A stretch of DNA of 57,227 nt from Candidatus Nanoarchaeia archaeon. GTDB lineage: Archaea; Nanobdellota; Nanobdellia; Woesearchaeales; GW2011-AR9. The notes beneath the pieces are model-generated. The model ran no database searches. It worked only from the letters and a program-made list of their open reading frames with translations, and was not told the origin of the DNA. A program made the position numbers and the translations under genes. Position 1 is the stretch's first letter. Each line of letters opens with the position of its first letter. The stretch covers positions 1 to 57,227 of the forward strand of contig DATDXI010000031.1 in NCBI GenBank assembly GCA_035289385.1. The letters run 5' to 3'. Of the stretch, positions 19,624 through 27,529 are shown in pieces.

Positions 19624-20229
19624 CTATCTTTTCTGTCCCACTATCCAAACTGCAGAGTGTTTATGCTCACCTATAACCGGTAGATGATCTTCAACGATCT
19701 CACCTTCCAATCTCTCTTTTATATCAATATCTCTAAATAATTGATCAATTTCATCTAAGCTAGCCAATACTACTTCCTCCGTTCCATGTGAATCTGGAAG
19801 GGGTATTTTATCGGTCAGTGTGGTAAATAATATATATCCTTTTGGTCTAACACTACTCTGTAATTGTCTATGGACTTCCACTCTTTGATATTGAGGAAGG
19901 CAGTGAAAGAGGCCATATGATACCAAAGCGTCAAACTCTTCTCTCATGAATCCTGGTAGATCATCACACTGGTTATAATTTCCTTTAGGCTCTTTTCCTG
20001 CTCTTTTAAATCTCTCTCGTAATCCTTGTAAGGCAAATGGTGATTGATCAAATCCCACTACCTCAAATCCTTCTTGTTCTAAGAATAAGGCATTCTTGCC
20101 ATCTCCACAACCAGCATCTAAAACTCTTCCTCCTGCTAAAAATTCGCCAATTCTTTTAACAAGTCTCCCGGGTTGTTCACCCCATAAGATATTATCTTCT
20201 CTAGCTGCATATAAATGATCATAAGACAT
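19624..20229 (-). CDS. class I SAM-dependent methyltransferase
   Basis: Motif I VLDAGCGDGKNA. 201 aa. Confidence 0.85.
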   Translation of the reverse strand: MSYDHLYAAREDNILWGEQPGRLVKRIGEFLAGGRVLDAGCGDGKNALFLEQEGFEVVGFDQSPFALQGLRERFKRAGKEPKGNYNQCDDLPGFMREEFDALVSYGLFHCLPQYQRVEVHRQLQSSVRPKGYILFTTLTDKIPLPDSHGTEEVVLASLDEIDQLFRDIDIKERLEGEIVEDHLPVIGEHKHSAVWIVGQKR

Positions 20230-20279
20230 CCAATCAAAATATAGTTAATACCTTATAAATATTGTTTAGTATAGACACA

Positions 20280-21449
20280 TCACCCCTTCTCTCCACTCAG
20301 TACCTTTACTATCCTAAATAGTCCTATCCAGAAGGGGCTGAGGAAGAGGGTTAAGCCGATAGTGACGATAACGAGCTGGTAGGAAAATATAGGGAGCAAG
20401 CCCAGCTTTAATCCCATGGCGGCAATGATGAAACTGAATTCTCCAATCTGGGCAAGCATCGATCCGGAATACAAACTTTCTGGCCAGCTTTCACCAAAAT
20501 AGCGGAAGATGACGGAGTTGATGAAGGTATTGATCAGGAAAACAACGGCTACTAATAAGGCAATCAAACGAATATTCTCTTTTAGAAAGGAGGCATCGAG
20601 AAGCATGCCTATGGAGGCGAAGAACAGTGCTACAAAGAGCACCCTAAATGATTGAAGGCTGCCTTTAACCCAATGCGTTTCTTTCGTTTTAGCGATGACC
20701 ATCCCTGCTAGAAAAGCACCAAGAGCGGCAGAAAGATGGAATAAGGATGCTAATGCTGCCAAGCCAAAACAAGCGATCAAGGCAGCAAAGATCTGTAGTT
20801 CATAATCCACTTGGAAGCGATTCTTGAAGGGGATGGTTATCTCTGAATGATTGACGAGATATTTTGCCAACAGGACGAATAATGTTACTCCGATACATTG
20901 AAGAAATAGGGCTGAGAAGGTGATGTTTTCTGATCCCAATAATGAAACGATGATCAGCAATGGGGCAACAGCGATGTCCTGAACAAGCAGGATGCTGACG
21001 ATCTGCTTTCCTCTCTTATGCTGAAGCTCTTTTTTATCTTCAAGGATTTTTATTAAGATGGCAGTACTGCTTAAGCTGATGACAAAACCAAGCAGCAGAA
21101 CTTGGCTGGCACTCCAGTGAAAAAAGTAGCCAAATAAGGACATCATGGCAATACTCAGCAGGATCTGAAGATTTGTTCCCATGATAGCTGTACGCCAGTT
21201 GGAAAGGATCTCTGGCAGTGATACTTCCATTCCGATAAAGAATAGTAGCAAGATAATTCCTATTTCTCCCAGCTTGGAGATAGCATCATTGCTGGTAACC
21301 CAGCCTAATCCGGATGGACCGATAAGCATGCCGGTAAGGATATAGGCGATGATCGATGGCTGTTTAAAGTAACGGAGAATACCTCCTGTGATGACGATGA
21401 TTAGCGATCCCATCAGGATTGTTAAAATCAAAGAATTTTCCGCTGCCAT
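20280..21449 (-). CDS. cation:proton antiporter (CPA2/Kef-type membrane domain)
   Basis: 389 aa, about 12 TM helices, typical Na+/H+ exchanger family sequence. Confidence 0.85.
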   Translation of the reverse strand: MAAENSLILTILMGSLIIVITGGILRYFKQPSIIAYILTGMLIGPSGLGWVTSNDAISKLGEIGIILLLFFIGMEVSLPEILSNWRTAIMGTNLQILLSIAMMSLFGYFFHWSASQVLLLGFVISLSSTAILIKILEDKKELQHKRGKQIVSILLVQDIAVAPLLIIVSLLGSENITFSALFLQCIGVTLFVLLAKYLVNHSEITIPFKNRFQVDYELQIFAALIACFGLAALASLFHLSAALGAFLAGMVIAKTKETHWVKGSLQSFRVLFVALFFASIGMLLDASFLKENIRLIALLVAVVFLINTFINSVIFRYFGESWPESLYSGSMLAQIGEFSFIIAAMGLKLGLLPIFSYQLVIVTIGLTLFLSPFWIGLFRIVKVLSGEKG

Positions 21450-21463
21450 CGTGGGCAGATGAA
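21394..21463. repeat. 70-bp direct repeat, copy A (covers the antiporter start codon and first 19 codons)
   Basis: 64/70 identical to 23130-23199 by hand alignment. Confidence 0.9.
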
Positions 21464-21669
21464 AGCAGGTCGTATTTATATTTTTTTGTTTTGGGTAAAT
21501 AAGAGATCTGGCACAAAAATAAATGGTAAAAACTCATCAGATATTTTCTCTGGAACAGTAAGTATTCTTTACAAGGTGTGTGGTTATTCTTTACAGCTCA
21601 AAAACTTACAGAAATATTTAAATAGTTCTTACTTATCTTACTTGTAAGAATTTACAAAAGGAGATTAAA

Positions 21670-21918
21670 ATGCCACTATTAGAAATGAGAACTGCAACGG
21701 TAACAGAGAAAGGTCAGATTGCTATCCCTAAAAGTATAAGAAAACTGGAGGGTTTTAAAGAAGGAACAAAAGTGGCAATTCTAGCGTTTAACAACAAAGT
21801 AGAACTGCGGCCATTAAAGCAATTTAGTGAAAAGATGTTTTCTGCTTTAGCAAGTGAAAAATCTTTAGCAAAAGACTGGCTAACAAAAAAAGAGGATGAG
21901 GCATGGAAAGACTTGTAA
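21670..21918 (+). CDS. mazE: AbrB/SpoVT (MazE-type) antitoxin
   Basis: TEKGQIAIPKSIRK swapped-hairpin motif. Overlaps the toxin gene by 16 nt. Confidence 0.8.
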   Translation: MPLLEMRTATVTEKGQIAIPKSIRKLEGFKEGTKVAILAFNNKVELRPLKQFSEKMFSALASEKSLAKDWLTKKEDEAWKDL

Positions 21919-22235
21919 GAGGCGATGTTGTCGTTCTTCTTTTTCCCTTTTCGGATCTTAGCTCATCACGCAAACGACCGGCAGTTGTCGTGGCAAATCT
22001 GACTGGTGATGATCTCATCTTGGCACAGATAACAACGGCCTCTGCTCGTAGTGATGAATATGCAGTTTCTCTTGAGGCAAAAGATTTTCAGAAAGGAAAT
22101 CTGGCCATATCAAGTCTGGTTAGACCTAACAAGCTTTTCACTGCTGATATTTCAATCATTTCTTCAAAAATAGGTACTCTAAGAGAAGATAAAATTAAAG
22201 AAATCCAAAATTCTTTAGTGAACATGTTTAATTAA
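21903..22235 (+). CDS. mazF: MazF/PemK-family endoribonuclease toxin
   Basis: RGDVVVLLFPFSD...KRPAVVV...LILAQITT, typical of PemK/MazF. Confidence 0.85.
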   Translation: MERLVRGDVVVLLFPFSDLSSSRKRPAVVVANLTGDDLILAQITTASARSDEYAVSLEAKDFQKGNLAISSLVRPNKLFTADISIISSKIGTLREDKIKEIQNSLVNMFN

Positions 22236-22302
22236 ACACTATCAACTAACTACAAAGCTTAAAAATGTTAGAGATAACGATAGATAACTAGTACGAAGAC
22301 TA

Positions 22303-22486
22303 GTACGTATTTAGTTCCACGACAAAAATAGTGGCAGATCGTAAAATCCAGCCTGACTTTACGTGTAAAGTAATGATAAAGTATTTATTTTAAGCTAAAG
22401 TCAGGCAACTAGACATATCTCACGAAGCTCTTAATGGATTTTACCTCTTGACCAAGCCACTATTTTCAACCGAACTAAATGCGTAC
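22303..22486 (+). mobile_element. MITE-like element, copy 2 (184 bp)
   Basis: Termini GTACGTATTTAG / CTAAATGCGTAC. Perfect 8-bp duplication GAAGACTA at 22295-22302 and 22487-22494. Confidence 0.95.
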
Positions 22487-22530
22487 GAAGACTAGAAAAT
22501 AATATAAGTGAAGGTGTTATTGCTTTTGTT

Positions 22531-23127
22531 ATGGTTCTCGTTGATGGGAAGGAATTTCTGGATGCAAATAGGCTTCTGCTTGATTCATACAGATTAGCCA
22601 GAATGGTCCTGTTGTCAGAATTTAAACCGACGTTTATGATCGGCATCTGGCGCGGAGGCACGCCGATAGGCATCGCGGTCCAAGAATATTTAGCAGCCCA
22701 TGGTGTTTCTACTGATCATATTGCAATTAGAACTTCGGGATACCGTGCAGGAATTGACCAGCGGGAAGATGCTGTTGCCGTCCATGGTTTAGAATATATG
22801 GTTGAGCATGCTAATGCTTCTGACCGTCTGCTGATCGTCGATGATGTTTGGGATAAAGGCAGAAGCATCCAAGCTGTTAAGGAAACCTTGGAACGACGGA
22901 TGCGCAGGAATATTCCCGCGGACATCAAGGTGGCGACAATCCATTATAAGCCTAACCGGAATGAAATGAACGGAAAACCAGACTTTTATCTCTATGAGAC
23001 AGATGCCTGGTTGATTTATCCGCATGAATTGCATGGTCTTTCTACAGAGGAGATCAGGAAAGGCAAAGGGTATGCGGTCGCTGATCTGATGGTTCCAGAG
23101 CGGCTTGTTGGGAAGGATACTCCGTAA
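22531..23127 (+). CDS. phosphoribosyltransferase (purine PRT-like)
   Basis: PRPP-binding loop LLIVDDVWDKGRS. Confidence 0.8.
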   Translation: MVLVDGKEFLDANRLLLDSYRLARMVLLSEFKPTFMIGIWRGGTPIGIAVQEYLAAHGVSTDHIAIRTSGYRAGIDQREDAVAVHGLEYMVEHANASDRLLIVDDVWDKGRSIQAVKETLERRMRRNIPADIKVATIHYKPNRNEMNGKPDFYLYETDAWLIYPHELHGLSTEEIRKGKGYAVADLMVPERLVGKDTP

Positions 23128-23129
23128 TC

Positions 23130-23199
23130 ACGATGTTCAGTGATCCTATCAGGATTGTTAAAATCAAAGAATTTTCTGCTGCCATCGTGGGCTGATGAA
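23130..23199. repeat. 70-bp direct repeat, copy B (orphan copy of the antiporter 5' end)
   Basis: The minus strand reads ATG GCA GCA GAA AAT..., giving MAAENSLILTILIGSLNIVIT against the true MAAENSLILTILMGSLIIVIT. No gene body follows. Confidence 0.9.
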
Positions 23200-23240
23200 T
23201 AATAAGAAAGAGACAATAGATAATAAAAAAGAAATAGAGC

Positions 23241-23834
23241 TTATCTCTTCACCGCAGCAAATCTCTTCTGCACAACATCCCAGTCAATAGCATTAACGAA
23301 AGCAGTAATGTAGGCAGCCTTATCAGTATTATATTCAGTAATGTAGGCATGCTCAAAGACATCCATAACCAATAATGGGATAGCTCCTGCTAAATGGCCA
23401 ACATCATGCTCATTGACCCAGACATTGAACAGCTTGTCACCTATCGGATCATAATACATAACTACCCAGCCGATACCTCGCATGCTTCCCACGGAAGTAA
23501 ACGCTTTCATCCGCGCTTCAACAGATCCTAAGCTTTCTGCCATCTTTTTAGCTAAAGGAGAATTTGCTGGAAGAACTTTTTTCTCCTTACTCATATTTCC
23601 AAAGTAGAGTTCATGAAGTCTCATACCATTGAATTCCCAGCCAAATCTTCTTTTTAGCTCCGCAAATTCAGGAGTAGCTGCCTTCCCTTCTTTGATCATA
23701 GTTCCTAAGATGTCTACAAGCTTATTCGTATTATTGACATAGCCAAGGTACAGCTTAAAGTGTGTCTGTAAGAGCTTGTCGCTAAATCCAGGTGTTCCCA
23801 AAAGATGGGAATAATCTTGCTCTTTGTATGTCAT
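23241..23834 (-). CDS. sod: Fe/Mn superoxide dismutase
   Basis: DVFEHAYI signature, 197 aa. 1-nt gap to the upstream Prx gene. Confidence 0.95.
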   Translation of the reverse strand: MTYKEQDYSHLLGTPGFSDKLLQTHFKLYLGYVNNTNKLVDILGTMIKEGKAATPEFAELKRRFGWEFNGMRLHELYFGNMSKEKKVLPANSPLAKKMAESLGSVEARMKAFTSVGSMRGIGWVVMYYDPIGDKLFNVWVNEHDVGHLAGAIPLLVMDVFEHAYITEYNTDKAAYITAFVNAIDWDVVQKRFAAVKR

Positions 23835-23835
23835 C

Positions 23836-24558
23836 TTAGATCTTCCCCACTAAGTGTAATCCTGGCTTCAATGTTTCCTTGCCTGGCTGCCAGTTTGCTG
23901 GACAGACTTCTCCGCCATGTTCACGGACAAATTTCGCTGCTTTGATCTTTCTTAGAAGTTCTGCGCTGCTTCTGCCGATGCTGTTGTCATGGATTTCAAA
24001 TGCTTTTAAAACTCCATCAGGGTCGATGATGAATGTTCCACGTAAGCTTAGTCCTTCATGATGGATATAGGTGCCGTAAGCCTTGCAGATACTTCCCGTA
24101 GGGTCAGCGACCATGGGAAACTTGATTTTTTTGATGGTTGGTGAGTTATCCCACCATGCTTTATGGACGAAAACGGTGTCTGTGGATATGCTTAACACTT
24201 CAGCGCCTAATTTCTTGAATTCATCATAATTATCTGCTAAATCTCCCAGTTCTGTTGGGCAGATAAAGGTGAAATCGGCAGGATAAAAGACTAATACCAC
24301 CCATTTTCCACGATAATGGTCAAGCCTTACTTGCTTTACTTCATTGTTTTGGAAAGCCTGAGCCGCAAAATTGGGGGCCGGCCTATTGATCTCTAACCAT
24401 TCTGGAGATTGTTCTTTACAGCATCCTTCTTCCATCGTTTCTTCTTTACAACATCCTTCTTTCATTGTTCCTTCTTGGCAACATCCTTTTTCCATTGTTT
24501 CTTCTTTACAGCATCCTACCATTGTATGTTCCTCCACAGCATCTACTTGGCCCTTCAT
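23836..24558 (-). CDS. typical 2-Cys peroxiredoxin (AhpC/Prx1-like) with a Cys-rich N-terminal repeat extension
   Basis: Peroxidatic FTFICPTE and resolving EVCPANW motifs. N-terminal 4 x GCCKEETMEK-type repeat. Confidence 0.9.
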   Translation of the reverse strand: MKGQVDAVEEHTMVGCCKEETMEKGCCQEGTMKEGCCKEETMEEGCCKEQSPEWLEINRPAPNFAAQAFQNNEVKQVRLDHYRGKWVVLVFYPADFTFICPTELGDLADNYDEFKKLGAEVLSISTDTVFVHKAWWDNSPTIKKIKFPMVADPTGSICKAYGTYIHHEGLSLRGTFIIDPDGVLKAFEIHDNSIGRSSAELLRKIKAAKFVREHGGEVCPANWQPGKETLKPGLHLVGKI

Positions 24559-24742
24559 TCTTTATTGTTCTACTATTATCAAGGGCGTTGAGATGCTCTT
24601 TCCATCTTTATTCTTCCTCTTTTTGCTAATGTCTGATGAGAAAGCTATTATCTCTTTTTATGACTTTTTACTGATTTATATTAGTTATGAAACAGGTCTG
24701 TTAGGAGAGTATGATTAGTGCGATAGGTATCACCACATTCCC

Positions 24743-24756
24743 GCAACGTTTATATA
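24743..24756 (+). promoter_or_regulatory. BRE/TATA-like box (GCAACGTTTATATA)
   Basis: About 22 nt upstream of the ATG at 24778. The same GCAACGTTTATA 12-mer occurs at 33883 (+) and 36918-36929 (-). Confidence 0.55.
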
Positions 24757-24777
24757 CCTTCCAGCAATCATTTTTCT

Positions 24778-26502
24778 ATGAAAAAGACCGGTGCATGGGA
24801 TTTACGTGCTATTCAACCAAAAGATCTGGCGAAAGAGCTTAAGCAGATTGAGCAAAAAGCAGAACTGTTGGAAAAGAAGCGGCATATCCTGACTGATACT
24901 ATTTCCGTTTCGACGTTTATGGCCTTTCTCAAAGAATTAGAACAATTTCGTGCTTTAACTTCAAAGGTAGGGGCTTATGGAAGCTTAACATTTGCCGAAA
25001 ATTCAGCCAATCAAAAGGCAGTTGCGGAGATGTCCTTGATCGAGCAAAGTTTGACCAAAGTGAGCAATAGGCTCTTATTCTTTGGCTTATGGTTTAAGGA
25101 TTTACCAGATAAGAAGGCGAAGGAACTGATCAGTCATTCTGGCGATTATCGTTATCATTTAGAAGAAATACGTAAGACAAAGCCTTTTACTCTTCAGGAG
25201 AAAGAAGAACAGATCATCAATATTAAAGATGTTACCGGTGTTGGAGCATTAAATACTATTTATAGCCTGTTGACATCACAGTTTCATTTTACGTATAAGG
25301 GAAAAGCAGTCAGTCAGGAAGAGCTGATTGTCTTAGCTCGAGATTCATCTGCAAAAGTACGGAAGGAAGCCTATCATATCCTCCTTCAGAGATATAAGGA
25401 AAATAGCCAGGTTATCGGCGAAATCTACAAAAATATCATCAATGATTGGCGTGAAGAAAGCATTACACTTCGGGGATATAAGACACCTCTTCATGTTCGT
25501 AATGTGGCGAATGATATCCCTGATAAAGCAGTTGAAGCTCTTCTTCATGTCTGCGAGAAAAATAAAGGCATCTTTCAGGAATTCTTTGAGATCAAGCGCA
25601 AAAAGCTTGGTCTGAAAAAGATGTTGAGAACAGATATCTATGCACCTCTCAAAAAAGAAAAAGAGAAAAAGATTCCTTATGGTGAAGCGTTGGATATGGT
25701 TATAGATGTCTTTGGAAAATTTTCTCCAGAATTTCAGCAAGGTGCATTAAAGATAATTCAAGCTAACCATATTCATTCGAACGTGCAGAAGAATAAGCAA
25801 ACTGGCGCTTTCTGTTCCAGCGTCACGGCAAAACTTCCACCGTATTGCTTATGGAGTTATACCGGAACATTGCGTGATGTCTCAACTATTGCTCATGAGT
25901 TGGGGCATGGAGTACACCATATCTTGGCAAAAGAGCATAGTGAATTTACATTTCATGCCTGTCTGCCTTTGGCAGAGACGGCTTCTATCTTTGCTGAGAT
26001 GATCCTCTCCGAAAAGATTTTAGAAAAATATCCAGAAAAAGCGAAGGAATTATTATTCTATAAGGTAGATGACCTTTATGCATCTATCATCCGGCAAGCA
26101 GGCTTTGTCCAGTTTGAGATCAAGGCTCATGAGATGATGAAAGAGGGAAAAACGATTGAAGAGATGTCATCTCTTTATCTTTCAGAATTAAAGAAGCAGT
26201 TGGGAAATAAGGTTGTTATCGATGATGAGTTTGCTTATGAGTGGTGTTATGTGCCTCATATTTTCCATACGCCATTCTATTGCTATGCTTATGCTTTTGG
26301 CAATCTCTTGACGTTAGCGCTGTATGAGACCTATAAGGAGAAAGGCCAGGGGTTTGCTGAGAAGATCATTGCGCTGTTAGCTAAAGGGGGAAGCGATAGT
26401 CCAGAAAATATCACTAAAGCTGTTGGTATTGACATCTGCTCTGAAGAATTCTGGCAGAAAGGGTTTGATGTCATTAAGGAGATGATTGAGAAGGTGAGGT
26501 AA
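24778..26502 (+). CDS. pepF: oligoendopeptidase F-like M3 metallopeptidase
   Basis: 574 aa with the HELGHGVHH zinc motif. Confidence 0.9.
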   Translation: MKKTGAWDLRAIQPKDLAKELKQIEQKAELLEKKRHILTDTISVSTFMAFLKELEQFRALTSKVGAYGSLTFAENSANQKAVAEMSLIEQSLTKVSNRLLFFGLWFKDLPDKKAKELISHSGDYRYHLEEIRKTKPFTLQEKEEQIINIKDVTGVGALNTIYSLLTSQFHFTYKGKAVSQEELIVLARDSSAKVRKEAYHILLQRYKENSQVIGEIYKNIINDWREESITLRGYKTPLHVRNVANDIPDKAVEALLHVCEKNKGIFQEFFEIKRKKLGLKKMLRTDIYAPLKKEKEKKIPYGEALDMVIDVFGKFSPEFQQGALKIIQANHIHSNVQKNKQTGAFCSSVTAKLPPYCLWSYTGTLRDVSTIAHELGHGVHHILAKEHSEFTFHACLPLAETASIFAEMILSEKILEKYPEKAKELLFYKVDDLYASIIRQAGFVQFEIKAHEMMKEGKTIEEMSSLYLSELKKQLGNKVVIDDEFAYEWCYVPHIFHTPFYCYAYAFGNLLTLALYETYKEKGQGFAEKIIALLAKGGSDSPENITKAVGIDICSEEFWQKGFDVIKEMIEKVR

Positions 26503-26530
26503 TCAATACTCTATGTTGCTTAAATTCGTT

Positions 26531-26737
26531 TCAAGTGCGATATTCTAATCTGCCGTAAGCAATAGCTATTACGGACAAGCGGTCTTCTATCGCTTCATCA
26601 AATCTTACCAAACTTGTGTATAACCGGCAAGCTTCTTCAAGAAAAAGGTCTGCCCTACGAACATTGTTGGCTTGAATATGTCTCTCTGCTTCATCAAGCT
26701 TTCGATGAATCGTATCTCTAGGATCGATGATTCTCAT
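26531..26737 (-). CDS. hypothetical small protein (68 aa)
   Basis: 4-nt ATGA overlap with the bcp stop suggests co-transcription. Confidence 0.45.
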   Translation of the reverse strand: MRIIDPRDTIHRKLDEAERHIQANNVRRADLFLEEACRLYTSLVRFDEAIEDRLSVIAIAYGRLEYRT

Positions 26738-27207
26738 TGTTGTAACTCTCTTAGTTTTTTTGTTACTTCATCTACATGGCCATTGACTTTGACGTTATTC
26801 CAGATATGAGCTATCTTCCCATTGTGATCTATTAAGAACGTTGTTCTTACCGTGCCAAGAAATTCTCTGCCCATAAATTTTTTAGGTGCCCAAACACCAT
26901 ATTGTTCCTGTACTTCATGCTTTTCATCAGATAAGAGCATCACTTTTAGCTTCTGTTTCTTGATAAATGAGCAATGGGAAGAAGGTGGATCTCTGCTGAT
27001 CCCCAGAACTATAGCCTGTAATTTCTTTAATTCGGCTAAAGCATTGGTGAAGTCTATTGCTTCCGTTGTACAGCCCGGTGTGTCATCTTTTGGATAGAAA
27101 TATAAAATAACCCATTTCCTCCGAAATTGGCGGAGATTAACATTTTCTCCATCTTGGTTTTGGAGAATGAAGTCTGGCGCCTGTTGCGTGAATTTTAATG
27201 GTGTCAT
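26734..27207 (-). CDS. bcp: thiol peroxidase Bcp (atypical peroxiredoxin)
   Basis: YFYPKDDTPGCTTEA active-site motif. 157 aa. Confidence 0.9.
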   Translation of the reverse strand: MTPLKFTQQAPDFILQNQDGENVNLRQFRRKWVILYFYPKDDTPGCTTEAIDFTNALAELKKLQAIVLGISRDPPSSHCSFIKKQKLKVMLLSDEKHEVQEQYGVWAPKKFMGREFLGTVRTTFLIDHNGKIAHIWNNVKVNGHVDEVTKKLRELQQ

Positions 27208-27529
27208 AGGCTTAACAAAATCTTTATTCTTTAAATAATTTCTGCTCCATAGGGCTCAGTAGAAAATATCGCGAATGTCGCCAGCAGGCATTAAAAAGCT
27301 TCGTCAGATAAAGTACATTGCTGTTCATTTTACTCAGATTATATCTACTGAACAGCTGCCTGCGAGACATTTTCTACAGAGCCGCTCCATAGTTGAGGAT
27401 GTGACTGCTAATTGTGCTAGGAACAGTATTTTGTTAGAAATAGTATGGAGTTATCTTTATATATTATAGGAGTATCCTTCTCAAAAGTATAATAGTCTAT
27501 ATTCAAAGTGTTAAAAATGAGGTGTCAAG

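Noticed and set aside
21461-21483. GCAGGTCGTATTTATA next to repeat A shares 10 nt with the MITE subterminal arm and 8 nt with its terminus. This raised the possibility of a MITE relic.
   Set aside because: The order of the two matches is the reverse of that in the element, and no other MITE sequence is nearby. It is most likely chance plus an AT-rich promoter box.
22295-22494. The variable positions of the MITE hairpin might encode a guide matching the target site, as in IS110/IS605-type RNA- or DNA-guided targeting.
   Set aside because: I compared the stems with the 8-bp duplications. Only 4-mers are shared, in two copies (GACT in copy 2, GTGG in copy 5), and nothing beyond the conserved CTTT in the others. 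That is within chance expectation.
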